Assembly (NCBI GenBank): GCA_963727525.1
Contig: CAVSGO010000007.1
Coordinates: 2,272,001 to 2,336,000 of the forward strand
Origin: an uncultured bacterium
GTDB lineage: Bacteria; Krumholzibacteriota; Krumholzibacteriia; LZORAL124-64-63
Length of the DNA: 64,000 nt
Direction: 5' to 3'
In this document: positions 50,312 to 59,929 of the stretch, piece after piece
Numbering within the stretch: position 1 is the stretch's first letter
Layout: every line of letters begins with the position of its first letter
The notes under the pieces: model-generated
What the model saw: only the letters and a program-made list of their open reading frames with translations
The model's database searches: none
Told to the model about the DNA's origin: nothing
Position numbers and translations under genes: made by a program

Positions 50312-50830
50312 ATGGAGTTGCGCAGCTTCGAGGCCATCATGCGGGCCTTGAACGAGAACGGTGTTCGATACGTACTGGTGGGTGGCATGGCTGTCGTGGC
50401 CCATGGGCACGGTCGCATGACCCACGACGTCGACCTCGTGATTCAACTCGAGCGGGAGAACATCCTGCGCGCGTTCGCCGCACTGTCCGGTCTAGGCTAC
50501 CAGCCGCGCATTCCCGTGACAGCCGAGGCATTCGCCGATCCCGGCAATCGCCGCCGCTGGATCGACGAGAAGGACATGACGGTGTTAAGTCTCTACTCCG
50601 ATCGCTACCGCACGACTCTGGTCGACATCTTCGTTCACGAGCCATTCGATTTCGACGACGTCTTCGCTCACGCCCATACCACCGACGTCGAGGGCATCAC
50701 CGTGCGCTTCGTCGACCTGCGGACGTTGATCCGAATGAAGGAAGCCGCCGGTCGCCCGATCGACCTCGACGACGTCCACCACCTGAAGCTGCTCCAGGAA
50801 GACAACGCTACCGGTGGGGGGCACCCGTGA
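50312..50830 (+). CDS. Minimal nucleotidyltransferase (DUF6036-like), putative toxin
   Basis: VLVGGMAVVAHG..R.T.DVDL...LIRMK.AAGR..DLDD; GAGGAG RBS. Confidence 0.8.
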   Translation: MELRSFEAIMRALNENGVRYVLVGGMAVVAHGHGRMTHDVDLVIQLERENILRAFAALSGLGYQPRIPVTAEAFADPGNRRRWIDEKDMTVLSLYSDRYRTTLVDIFVHEPFDFDDVFAHAHTTDVEGITVRFVDLRTLIRMKEAAGRPIDLDDVHHLKLLQEDNATGGGHP

Positions 50831-51060
50831 CCGTCCCGGGCAGCTGGCGCATTCCCGACGATGCCGAAGATTGGCAATGTGACTGGGAAAGCGCCCGGCG
50901 ATTCCAGCTCCGATACTTCCGCAGCCTACCACTGGTCGACAAGATCCGGGCCGTCGAGGAGATGTGTCGTTTGGCCCGCCTACTGCACCCCGCGAAGTCC
51001 GACGCTGGTGACCAACGGACCAGCGCCGCCACGCCCCCCCCGGACGAGCCTCGTAGCTAG
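50827..51060 (+). CDS. Small partner protein of the nucleotidyltransferase (antitoxin-like)
   Basis: GTG start overlaps the upstream stop (GTGA); 'WESARRFQLRYFRSLPLVDKIRAVEEM'. Confidence 0.6.
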   Translation: MTVPGSWRIPDDAEDWQCDWESARRFQLRYFRSLPLVDKIRAVEEMCRLARLLHPAKSDAGDQRTSAATPPPDEPRS

Positions 51061-51247
51061 CCGCAGGGCCCACGCGGCGCACCGCACGTCCCACCAGGTC
51101 GAGGCGGCCCCCCGGGCGTCCAATCCGTATCGCACGTTCCGCGATAGCCGAGGCCGTCGCGGGACGCCCGCCTCCGAGGTGCGATCCCTCGGAGGCGTAG
51201 CGTGTCCACTCGTCTACCTGGCTCTCCGCCGCCCGATCCACCTGCCT

Positions 51248-52945
51248 TTATCTGACCAGGGCGACGCGCGCCGAGGCCAGTCCACGGGCTGTCTCGAGGC
51301 GTAAGAAGTAGACGCCCGACGGCAGCGACCGGCCACTGTCGTCTTCACCGTGCCAGTTCATGCGGTGCTGGCCGGCCGTCCCACTGCCGCTGTCCAGGGT
51401 GCGCACGCGACGGCCGCGCAGATCGTGCACCGTCAGGCGGTACGCGCCGGCGCGGGGCAGACGGAACCGGACGGCGGTCTGCGCCGAGAACGGGTTCAGC
51501 TCGGGACTCACGACCAGACCGGCAGCAGCACCGCCCTGGGGCGTCGCCGTCGCGTTGCCCTGGTCGTAGTAGATCGTGATGGCATTCTCGTGCTCGCCGT
51601 TCGGGAACCAGGCGTGGCCGGCTACGATGACGTTGCCGGCAGGCGTGACGGCGACGTCGAAGCCGCCGTCGTTGCCGCCGTACGGGCTGGCCCAGTAGGC
51701 GGCCCATTCCTCAGTACCGTCGGGTGCATACTTGACCGTGGCGATATCGCGGTTTTGCGGCGGGAATATGGTATTGCCGGTGATGTAGATGCCACCCGAG
51801 TCGTCGATGGCGAGAGCCTCGGGTATATCGCCAGCCGTACCCACGCCATCGAAGACTGCGTGCCATAGACGCTGGCCTGCGGCGTCGTACTTGAGCGTGT
51901 GGTAGTGAGATTCGATCTCCCCGACTTGGGCGTTGGTGGTGACGACTACGTTGCCGTCGGCATCGACGGCCATGTCGCATACCTCGATGAAGTCGCCGTT
52001 CTGAGGGTGGAAAGCGTCCAGCCAGAGGAGGTCGCCGTTCGAGGAGTCGAGCTTCCAGGTAAGCGCTTCGGCATCGAATGGGCCATCCAGGGGATTGCCG
52101 GTCACGACGACGTTGCCGTCCGGCGCAACCGCGACCTTTGCGAACTCCAGCACCAAACGAACGTCGTTGGTGTACACGTGCTGCCACTGGAAGTCGCCGT
52201 CCGCCGTGACCTTGACCGTCGCGACGAAGCCGTGGGTGTTGTCGGACTCGAATCCAATCCCGGTCGTGTAGACGCTGCCGTCCGCGTCGGCAGCGATATC
52301 GACGGGGAAATCCGGACCCGCGGTTGGACCGGTCCAATCTCGTTGCCAGCGGAGTTCCCCGGTCGGCGCGTACTTCAGGATCAGGAACTTCCCGTCGCTG
52401 TGGGCCGCGACGACGATGTTTCCGGCGTCGTCACACGCCAGCTTGGGCGCAAACGAGACGTTGGTCGTACCCACGAGCGGTTGATGGTTCTCCCATTCGA
52501 TCGCACCGCCGGCGTCGTACTCGACGGTCGCGACGTCGTAACCCCCGCCGTTCCAGAAATAACCGGTCACGACGACAAGTCCCGGATCCGGTACGAGCAG
52601 ATCCGAGGGCACCTCATACCCCGGACCGCCGTAGGTCTCGGTCCAGTCGACGGCGCCGTCCGATTCGAAACGGCGCACGAAGAAATCATTGTGTTGGCCG
52701 CCGACCCCGCTTTCGTAGGTACGGCCCGCCACGTACAGAGGACCGGTGGGATCGCAGGCCACGAGCAGTCCCTGGTCGTCGTGATTCGTGGGCGCGTTCC
52801 AGGTATCGACCCAGGCTTCTAGCGGCGGGTTGTCGGCATCGGCAGAGGCGTGGGTGAGGAGAACGAGAAACAGGGCGGCAACGACGCGGTAGCGGAGTCG
52901 GTTCGCCGGCGGATATGGGAAAGCGCGGTTCAAGAACGTCGACAT
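51248..52945 (-). CDS. Secreted SBBP-repeat beta-propeller protein with FlgD/T9SS-like C-terminal domain
   Basis: Repeats 'D.AxDxxGNVxVTG...TxKYD..G...W'; LNPF...SGVYFLRL...VALVR tail; AGGAG RBS. Confidence 0.85.
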   Translation of the reverse strand: MSTFLNRAFPYPPANRLRYRVVAALFLVLLTHASADADNPPLEAWVDTWNAPTNHDDQGLLVACDPTGPLYVAGRTYESGVGGQHNDFFVRRFESDGAVDWTETYGGPGYEVPSDLLVPDPGLVVVTGYFWNGGGYDVATVEYDAGGAIEWENHQPLVGTTNVSFAPKLACDDAGNIVVAAHSDGKFLILKYAPTGELRWQRDWTGPTAGPDFPVDIAADADGSVYTTGIGFESDNTHGFVATVKVTADGDFQWQHVYTNDVRLVLEFAKVAVAPDGNVVVTGNPLDGPFDAEALTWKLDSSNGDLLWLDAFHPQNGDFIEVCDMAVDADGNVVVTTNAQVGEIESHYHTLKYDAAGQRLWHAVFDGVGTAGDIPEALAIDDSGGIYITGNTIFPPQNRDIATVKYAPDGTEEWAAYWASPYGGNDGGFDVAVTPAGNVIVAGHAWFPNGEHENAITIYYDQGNATATPQGGAAAGLVVSPELNPFSAQTAVRFRLPRAGAYRLTVHDLRGRRVRTLDSGSGTAGQHRMNWHGEDDSGRSLPSGVYFLRLETARGLASARVALVR

Positions 52946-53339
52946 GGGTGTCTCCTGTCGTTGAGATCCGGCGACGACGATCGGGTCAACGATCGCCCGT
53001 CATCGAACCTCGAGGGCACGAGTCGGCTCGAGCCACTCCCCACGGGGGCGCGGCATCCGGCTCGCATGTCATGCACCGCATTATCGCCCGTTCTCAGCGA
53101 TGCGAGATCGGAGATTCACGGATCACGCGAAAGAGTCGCGCTCTCCGCTCCCTCCCAGGCAACGACCGGCGCGGCATATCCGCCAGTGTAGGGGTCTTCG
53201 ACAGGGCTCTCTCAAGACTGGCGGTGGGAAGTCTCGAGGTCACGACACCAACGCCACGAGATCACCGCTGACCAGACCCACGCGACGCTCCGCGCGCTCC
53301 ACCTGATCGAGCCGATCCTCGAGGCGTCCGGTCAGCCCC

Positions 53340-53845
53340 ACCGAGATGCGTGGCGCGCCCCAGGTGGGGTTCTCGCGCGACATGCGGCGGATCAGCTCGA
53401 CAACGTCGAAGGGGATACGGGGCCTGCCTACCGCCTCTGGTCGGCTATCGAGTCGCCACCAGGTCGCCAGACCTTGCGGTGCAAAGGGGTCAACGTCTCG
53501 GGTTGGATGAGCCGCAGCGGTCGTCGCAAGCTTGCCCGGTAGGCAAAGCAGTACCCAGTAGGTCTGGTCCAGAGCCGTGAATGGTGGCCTGGGATTCGAT
53601 CGCTGCAGCGCGGGAATCTACTGGCGCAGGGCGAGGTTCTCGATGACCAGGTCGCGGCGTGGGCGGCCGACGTCGCGCAGGAATTCGAGGACGATGTTTG
53701 GCATGGGTAGGAATCGGGCGTTTGAGCGACCGGTTGAGACCCACGGAATTGGTCAGCAGCGACGATCTTGAGCGTTGGCTCGTGGTATACTCGTGAGGTC
53801 ATAACTCTGGTCGTGGCAATGCCGACGGGGTTTTAAGGAGGGACG
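53340..53845 (-). mobile_element. Degenerate integrase-core (IS3/IS481-like) transposase remnant with one probable end
   Basis: Frameshifted pieces 'ENLALRQ', 'DQTYWV', 'IQPET..HR', 'GRPR...LIRRMSRENPTWGAPRI'; end-like GTCCCTCCTTAAAACCCCGTC on the minus strand near 53824-53844. Confidence 0.6.
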
Positions 53846-53861
53846 ATCTCGACTGGACGAC

Positions 53862-54308
53862 TCAGTCACCGAGTTCTTCGAGCCATTCCACGTCGGCCAG
53901 GTCCTGGAGGCGTCCCGACGCCCGTTTGTTGGCGATCAGGTGGTGACGCGAGATGACGGGCACGGGAACGCCATCGAGGTCGACAACGACACGATCGGGC
54001 CAGGCGGCCGCGAACTCGACACCGTCGATCTGCGTGATCGCGTCGATTCGTAGCGGCGCGACGCCGATCTGGAAGATGAGTCCGGGTACCGTCAGGTCCG
54101 CTGGCGTGAGGTCGTGGAAGGGCGCGCCGAAATCGATCAGCGCGTCGATGATCCGCGGGGCGTTGTCCGCGTCCGGTCGGATCCAGATTTCGAGATCCTT
54201 CGTCGCGCGCACATGACCATATGTCGCCAAAGCATGCGCTCCGACGATCAGGTACTCAACGCCTTGGTCGTTCAACGCGGCTAACAGATCGATCAAATCG
54301 CGGTTCAC
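53862..54308 (-). CDS. Minimal nucleotidyltransferase (DUF6036-like)
   Basis: (M)NRDLIDLLAALN...YLIVGAHAL..YG..RATKDLEIW...LIANKRASGR.QDLAD; GTG start at 54308. Confidence 0.75.
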   Translation of the reverse strand: MNRDLIDLLAALNDQGVEYLIVGAHALATYGHVRATKDLEIWIRPDADNAPRIIDALIDFGAPFHDLTPADLTVPGLIFQIGVAPLRIDAITQIDGVEFAAAWPDRVVVDLDGVPVPVISRHHLIANKRASGRLQDLADVEWLEELGD

Positions 54309-54317
54309 CGCGACGAC

Positions 54318-54500
54318 ATGGCCGCACGGCCGTTCGCATTGTTGCAAGATCACCCCAATCCGTTCAATCCGAGGACCCGGATCCAGATCGCGGTCCCGCA
54401 GGCGGGCCAGGTGGCGTTGCACGTGTACGACCTGATGGGGCGCCAGGTGCGGACCCTGGTGGACGGCAACCGGGCCGCGGGCGAGTACATTGTGGCGTAG
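54318..54500 (+). pseudogene. Isolated FlgD/T9SS-like tail fragment
   Basis: FALLQDHPNPFNPRTRI...YDLMGRQVRTL...AGEYIVA*DGRDGRG; TAG sits where the Trp of the WDG motif is expected. Confidence 0.65.
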
Positions 54501-54627
54501 GACGGGCGCGACGGGCGCGGCGCCGCGGCCCATGGTTCTCGTCAAGTGATCGACAGTATGGCGGTCGTGGCCCCGGGTCCATGGGGTCGCGCCCCTCGCC
54601 ATCCGCAAGAAGAGAATGGAGTGCATC

Positions 54628-55575
54628 ATGCTGCTACAGCGTTACCGGGCCTGCGCCCCCGCGCTCGCCATCGTCCTGCTGAGCCTCGTCGGTGCATCGG
54701 CGGGACACGCCGTCTCGGCGGCCGTCACCGACGGCGTGCCACTCACCCTGATCTACACCACCGATATCAAGGGCAAGATCGACCCGTGCCACTGCAGCGC
54801 CCATCCGCGCGGCGGACTCGCGCCGCGGGCCACCTGGTTCAACGCGGTCTGGGACGAGGGCGTTGCCACGGTGACAGTGGATGCGGGCGACCTCTTCGGC
54901 ATGCGCAACACCGGCGACCGTGACCAGACGGCGTTCCTTTGCGAGCAGACGGCTTCCTTCGGCTACGATGCCATCGGGCTCGGCGAGTTCGACCTCCACT
55001 ACGGGCGTGATTTCCTGCAGCAGATGATCAAGGACCACGGGCTGCCGTTCACCTGCGCCAACGTGCGCGACGCGGCGAGCGGCGCGCTCCTGCTGCCGGA
55101 GTGGCGAATCGTCGAGCGTGGCGGGATCCGCATGGGCATCGTCAGCGTCGTCGACCCGCAGCAGAGGTTCGCCGACCTCGACGGCCCCATCACCACGATC
55201 CGGGTCGACGACCCCGCGACGACGTTGCGCGACGTGCTACCGCGCCTGCGGCAGGCGTGCGACACCGTGGTGCTGCTCAGCCATCTCGGTCAGGTCGAAA
55301 CGGACGGGCTGCTGAAAGCCGTTCCTGGTATCGACGTGGCGGTGATCGGACACACCAGCCGGAGTCTCGCACTGCCGCGGTACTCCTCGGACGTCGTCGT
55401 CCTCGCAGCCGCGTTCGAGGGCCGCACGATCGGCCGGGCGGATCTGCGCCTGGATCCGGCCACCGGCAAGGTGCTAGCGACCGAGGTGCACGTGACGGAC
55501 CTGGATGCGCAGATCGGGGATGACAAGGAGATGGCGCAACGGGTCGCCGCCTACGAGACGGGCCTCGGCGAGTAG
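54628..55575 (+). CDS. Exported UshA-like (5'-nucleotidase N-terminal fold) protein, CxC form
   Basis: Signal peptide; YTTDIKG.IDPCHC...GGLA.RAT; DAGD; YDAIGLGEFD; LLSHLG; IGH. Confidence 0.8.
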   Translation: MLLQRYRACAPALAIVLLSLVGASAGHAVSAAVTDGVPLTLIYTTDIKGKIDPCHCSAHPRGGLAPRATWFNAVWDEGVATVTVDAGDLFGMRNTGDRDQTAFLCEQTASFGYDAIGLGEFDLHYGRDFLQQMIKDHGLPFTCANVRDAASGALLLPEWRIVERGGIRMGIVSVVDPQQRFADLDGPITTIRVDDPATTLRDVLPRLRQACDTVVLLSHLGQVETDGLLKAVPGIDVAVIGHTSRSLALPRYSSDVVVLAAAFEGRTIGRADLRLDPATGKVLATEVHVTDLDAQIGDDKEMAQRVAAYETGLGE

Positions 55576-55741
55576 CGCGCCGAGGACCAAACCCGCTTTC
55601 CGCGCGACAGGGATGCGAGCGACGAGAAGTTTCTGGGGGTCGCGGATCGCCTGATTTCGCTCTTGCCGCGCAGGCCGCTCGTCTGATCCACCTCGTCGCA
55701 GGTCGCTGGCTATGCGGTAGAGTTCCTTGCTACAAGCATAA

Positions 55742-55771
55742 TTGACAATGTCTATCGGGTTTTGGTAGGAT
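55742..55771 (+). promoter_or_regulatory. Sigma70-like promoter
   Basis: TTGACA (55742-55747), 18 nt, TAGGAT (55766-55771) with an extended -10 TG. Confidence 0.5.
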
Positions 55772-55804
55772 AGCCCATACGACTTTTCCGTCACATGGGG
55801 CCCC

Positions 55805-57098
55805 ATGTCCAACCATCACGCGATCCGGTACCTTGCGACGCCCACGGCAATCGTGGTCGGTCTGTTTTGCCTCCTGCTTTCGGCTTCGCTTGCGCCGCCC
55901 GCCCAGGCCCAGTGCCATGACTACGGTGCGCCGGGCTCCGACCCCACCCTGATCCAATTCGACCTCTTCCCCGACAGCATCGCGGATGTCGCCATGCAGG
56001 GTGACCTGGCGTGGCTGGCGCTGTCCGACTACGGCGGTATCGCAGCGGTCGACATGACGGACCCCTTCGCACCGCAACTCGTCTCCCGACTCGCCCTGCC
56101 GGTCTTCGAAACTTACCAGATTGCGGTCAGCGGTGACGTCGCCGTGCTCAGCTACTCCAACTGGACGTCCTTCGGGTTGGTCATTGTCGACATTACCGAT
56201 CCGGAGGCGCCGGAGCTGATCCTCGATTACGACGCCCCAACCGGCTGGATCTACGGAGTCGCCGTGCGGGACACGACACTCTACGCGGTCCTGCCAAATC
56301 CGGGCACGTTGCAGGTCTTCGACATTGCCGACCCCTCGGCCCCCCAAATCGTCGGACAGCTCACACTCGGCTACGGCGCGGGGTCCATCGCCTTGGACGG
56401 GGATCTGGCCCTCGTCCCCTTTGACGCCACGGTCGAAATCGTTGACATCGCAGTTGACGCGAATCCCACCCTGTTGGGTACGATCCCGATTCCCGCGCCG
56501 CCGGGCGGCGGGCCAACTGCGGCGAACTGCGTGGCGACCGCGGGAACGTGGACCGTGGTCGGCGTCGGCGGGCCCGGGCTCACCGGCGGGTTGCAAATCT
56601 TCGACACGAGCGACCCCTCCGCGCCGGTTGCCACGGGATCCGTGACCTGATGGCACCGGAGGCGCCCACGCTGCTCGGAACCTCGACCTATCCCAACGAT
56701 ATCCAGTGGGCTGAGCTGCATCGGGTCGGCGACAGCCTGGTCACAACCTACGATCGGCTCTATATCCAGCCGCTGCAGTGCACGTCGGTGCCGGCGGACG
56801 TCGTATCGGCGGATCACGCGAGCGACCTGGCCTTTGCGGTCGCGCCCAACCCGTTCAACCCCGGACGGCGATCCGCTTCGAACTACCCGCGGCGACCGCC
56901 GCCACGGTCGAGATCGTCGACCCCCGGGGACGGCGAGTGCGCTCGCTCGCGCTCGATGGGGACCTGTCGGCCGGCCGGCGCGAGGTGACCTGGAATGGGC
57001 GGGACGACACGGGGCGCCGGGTGGCGTCCGGGATTTACTTCTGCCGCGTGCAAGCCGGACAGGACCGGCAGGTGGTGCCGGTGACGCTGCTCAAGTAG
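55805..57098 (+). pseudogene. LVIVD-repeat secreted protein with FlgD/T9SS-like tail, disrupted
   Basis: Intact signal peptide and 'VIVDITDPEAP' repeats up to 56650; frame change near 56645 (likely an internal deletion); second frameshift in the C-run at PNPFNP near 56860; ends PVTLLK at 57098. Confidence 0.75.
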
Positions 57099-57283
57099 CC
57101 GTCACCGCGCGCAAATAGGCGCGTGTCATAGCGCAGTTAGCGACGGTACGTTTTCGTAACCCGCGAGATGGAGGATTCTGAGAATTCACCGGAAGCGGCT
57201 TCTCAGCGCCCACGTAGGCGATTGATCTGCGCGATCGTCCCCGCCTAGCCCCCACGTGTGATGCTCTCCTCGTGATTCGAGAC

Positions 57284-57663
57284 CGTTGCGGGCGTCGCGT
57301 TCCCCTACGTTAGGGGAAACGTGGCGGTCGACCCCATGCTCTGCGATCCCGATGCTGGCGACTTCCACTTGCACGCCGACTCCCCGTGCCTCGCCGATTG
57401 CGGCGTGATCGGGGCCTGGCCGGTGGAGTGTGGGGTGGTGCAGGTGGAGACGACGACCTGGGGTGCGGTCAAGGCGATGTTCGGCTGAAGACGGCGGAGC
57501 CACTTCCCCGGCGAAGCGCCGGGGGTGATCTGTCATTTTCTGCGAAACGCTATAAGCATTTAAAATACATCAGATTGCGCCAATGGCGCCGGCGCCACTG
57601 GAACCGACCATCGCCTCGCAGCTGCGTGGCGACCCGGTCGAAACGCAAGGGCCGCGGACCGTG
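57284..57663 (+). repeat. 380-bp dispersed direct repeat, copy B
   Basis: Aligns to 44090-44469; carries ETTTWGAVKAMFG* with its stop ending at 57488. Confidence 0.95.
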
Positions 57664-57826
57664 CCGGCGGGACCGGCGGTCTGTGTCACGGCGGCGCGAG
57701 ACGCGGGATCTCCTCGCGGGCACGCCCGAACAGCGGAGCACGACGGTCCAGGACCGGACCATGCATCATGCGCTGCGAGGATCCGGGCAGAATTGGGTGG
57801 ACCGGTCGGCGCGCCGCCGCGTCCGT

Positions 57827-58095
57827 CTACCAGCGATCCAGGAGCGCTTCCCAACCCGGATAGGCGACCGCGTCGAATTCAGAAATCGGCCCGCCGATCT
57901 CCGCTGCGAGACTCCGTCGTTGTAGACCGCTCTCATGGTCGCCCCCCACATCGCAGACGCCGCGTACTTTAGGCAGCGACTCCAGCAGGAGCTCCGACTT
58001 GCCCGGCCGCCGCCGGCCGTAGATTACGACGAGCGAGCCGTCCTGTGAGCCGAGCGCGCGTGCAAGGCTGTGGCGCTCCTCGTCGCGATCCGGAA
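57827..58095 (-). pseudogene. N-terminal remnant of an archaeal-type (ATPase_2/DUF234-like) AAA ATPase
   Basis: 'DRDEE...L...LVVIYGRRRPGKSELL...W..LL' followed by a stop. Confidence 0.6.
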
Positions 58096-58119
58096 TGTCG
58101 CGACGGGAAATATTCCGTC

Positions 58120-58150
58120 TTGACGAGCATACCAACCAGTTGGTATGCTC
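58120..58150 (+). promoter_or_regulatory. Sigma70 promoter overlapped by a perfect TetR operator palindrome
   Basis: TTGACG (58120-58125), 18 nt, TATGCT (58144-58149) with an extended -10 TG; palindrome GAGCATACCAAC-ca-GTTGGTATGCTC (58125-58150). Confidence 0.8.
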
Positions 58151-58155
58151 ATCGC

Positions 58156-58809
58156 ATGACCAGACCAACCAAACACCACCCCGAACGCGGCGACGCCCGC
58201 ACCCGGCTTCTGGAAGCCGCCCGCGACGTCATTCGGGCGAAGGGCTTTGCCGCGACGACGGTGGACCAGCTCTGCAAGACCGCGGGCGTCACCAAGGGCG
58301 CGTTCTTCCACCATTTCGAGAACAAGGAGGCGCTGGGTGTGGCCGCGGCCAACTACTGGGCCGAGACCACCTCGGCGCTATTCGCCGACGCTCCCTACCA
58401 CGACCACGACGATCCATACGATCGGTTGATCGGCTATGTCGATTTCCGCAAGACCATCATCGAGGGCGACCTCGCCGAGTTCACCTGCCTCGTCGGCACC
58501 ATGACGCAGGAGGTGTACGACACCCATCCCGCGATTCGCGACGCCTGCGCCGCCAGCATCTTCGGCCACGCCGCCACTCTCGAACCCGACATCCGGGCGG
58601 CGATAGAGCAGCATGGCATCACCGCGGACTGGACGGCGGCCAGCCTCGCGGCCCACACCCAGGCCGTGTTGCAGGGCGCCTTCATCCTGGCCAAGGCCAC
58701 CGGTGATCGCACGTTCGCGCGCGAGAGCGTCGAACACCTACGCCGCTACATCGAGATGTTGTTCGCCGCGCCCGCCGCGAGCGGACCGAAACCCTCCAAG
58801 GAAAGATAA
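58156..58809 (+). CDS. TetR/AcrR-family transcriptional regulator (NemR-like)
   Basis: RLLEAA...KGFAATTVDQLC..AGVTKGAFFHHF.NKE; 'CLVG'. Confidence 0.95.
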   Translation: MTRPTKHHPERGDARTRLLEAARDVIRAKGFAATTVDQLCKTAGVTKGAFFHHFENKEALGVAAANYWAETTSALFADAPYHDHDDPYDRLIGYVDFRKTIIEGDLAEFTCLVGTMTQEVYDTHPAIRDACAASIFGHAATLEPDIRAAIEQHGITADWTAASLAAHTQAVLQGAFILAKATGDRTFARESVEHLRRYIEMLFAAPAASGPKPSKER

Positions 58810-58813
58810 AACC

Positions 58814-59410
58814 ATGAGAACGCTGAAGATCATCGAGCATATCACGCTGGACGGCGTGATCCAGGCGCCCGGCGGACCGGACGAGGACGGTGACTACCCC
58901 TACGGCGGTTGGTCGGTGCCGCATCACGATCCGGCGGTCGGCGAGGCCGTCGACGTGGCGCACGGCGGACGTTTCGATCTGCTGCTCGGCCGCCACACCT
59001 ACGACATCTTCGCCGGCTACTGGCCGCAGATCGAGGATAACCCCATGGCGGACCGATTGAACAGGGCGACCAAGTACGTCGCGACCCACCACCCCGGTAC
59101 GCTCGCCTGGGGACCGGTCGAGGACCTCGGCGCGGACGTCGTCGCCGGTGTCCGCCGCCTCAAGGAGACGGACGGGCCCACGCTGATCGTCTGGGGCAGC
59201 TCGCAGCTGACGCCGGAGCTGCTCGAGCACGAACTGGCGGACGAGGTCGTGTTGCTCGTCTTTCCGGTCCTGCTCGGTCACGGCAAACGCATGTTTGCGG
59301 ACGGGACCCCGCCCCGCGAACTAGCGCTCGTTGGCACGAAGGCCGCGGCCTCGGGCGTCATCATCAGCACCTACCGACCTGCCGGGCCGCTGCGGACCGG
59401 TTCATTCTAG
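58814..59410 (+). CDS. Dihydrofolate-reductase-like (RibD C-terminal) protein
   Basis: ITLDGVIQAPGG...LLLGR.TY..FA.YWP...GS...LADE..L.VFPVLLG.GKR.F. Confidence 0.9.
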   Translation: MRTLKIIEHITLDGVIQAPGGPDEDGDYPYGGWSVPHHDPAVGEAVDVAHGGRFDLLLGRHTYDIFAGYWPQIEDNPMADRLNRATKYVATHHPGTLAWGPVEDLGADVVAGVRRLKETDGPTLIVWGSSQLTPELLEHELADEVVLLVFPVLLGHGKRMFADGTPPRELALVGTKAAASGVIISTYRPAGPLRTGSF

Positions 59411-59446
59411 GGAATGCAGGCGCAAGCCGTTGAAAGGAAGATGTTC

Positions 59447-59929
59447 ATGAGCAACCTCATCACCTGCCTCTGGTTCGACCACGGCGAAGCCCGAAAGGCC
59501 GCCGAGTTCTACGCCGCGACGTTTCCCGAAAGCCAGGTCGACCGGGTGAACAACGCCCCGGGCGACTTTCCCGGCGGCCAGGAAGGAACCGAGTTGACCG
59601 TAGAGTTCACGGTGCTCGGACGGCGGTTCATCGGCCTCAATGGTGGCCCGAACTTCACGCCGAACGAATCGGTCAGCTTCATGGTCGTGACCGAGACCCA
59701 GGAGGAGACTGACCGCTACTGGAGCGCGATCACCAGCAACGGCGGCGCCGAGAGCGCCTGCGGCTGGTGCCGCGACCGCTGGGGCTTTTCCTGGCAGATC
59801 ACGCCGCGACGGCTGCTCGAGCTGACGACGGATCCCGACCGCGACAAGGCGAAGCGCTCGTTCGCCGCGATGATGACGATGAAGAAGATCGACATCGCGG
59901 CCATCGAGGCGGCTGCGATGACACCGTAG
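59447..59929 (+). CDS. VOC family protein (PhnB / 3-demethylubiquinone-9 3-methyltransferase-like)
   Basis: TCLWFD..A..AAEFY...LNGGP.F...QEETDRYW...CGW..DRWG.SWQI.P...MKKIDIA. Confidence 0.9.
   Translation: MSNLITCLWFDHGEARKAAEFYAATFPESQVDRVNNAPGDFPGGQEGTELTVEFTVLGRRFIGLNGGPNFTPNESVSFMVVTETQEETDRYWSAITSNGGAESACGWCRDRWGFSWQITPRRLLELTTDPDRDKAKRSFAAMMTMKKIDIAAIEAAAMTP

Noticed and set aside
44090-57663. Diversity-generating retroelement TR/VR pair
   Set aside because: Differences between the copies are mostly C/T and A/G transitions in both directions rather than adenine-specific, and no reverse transcriptase is present in the window.
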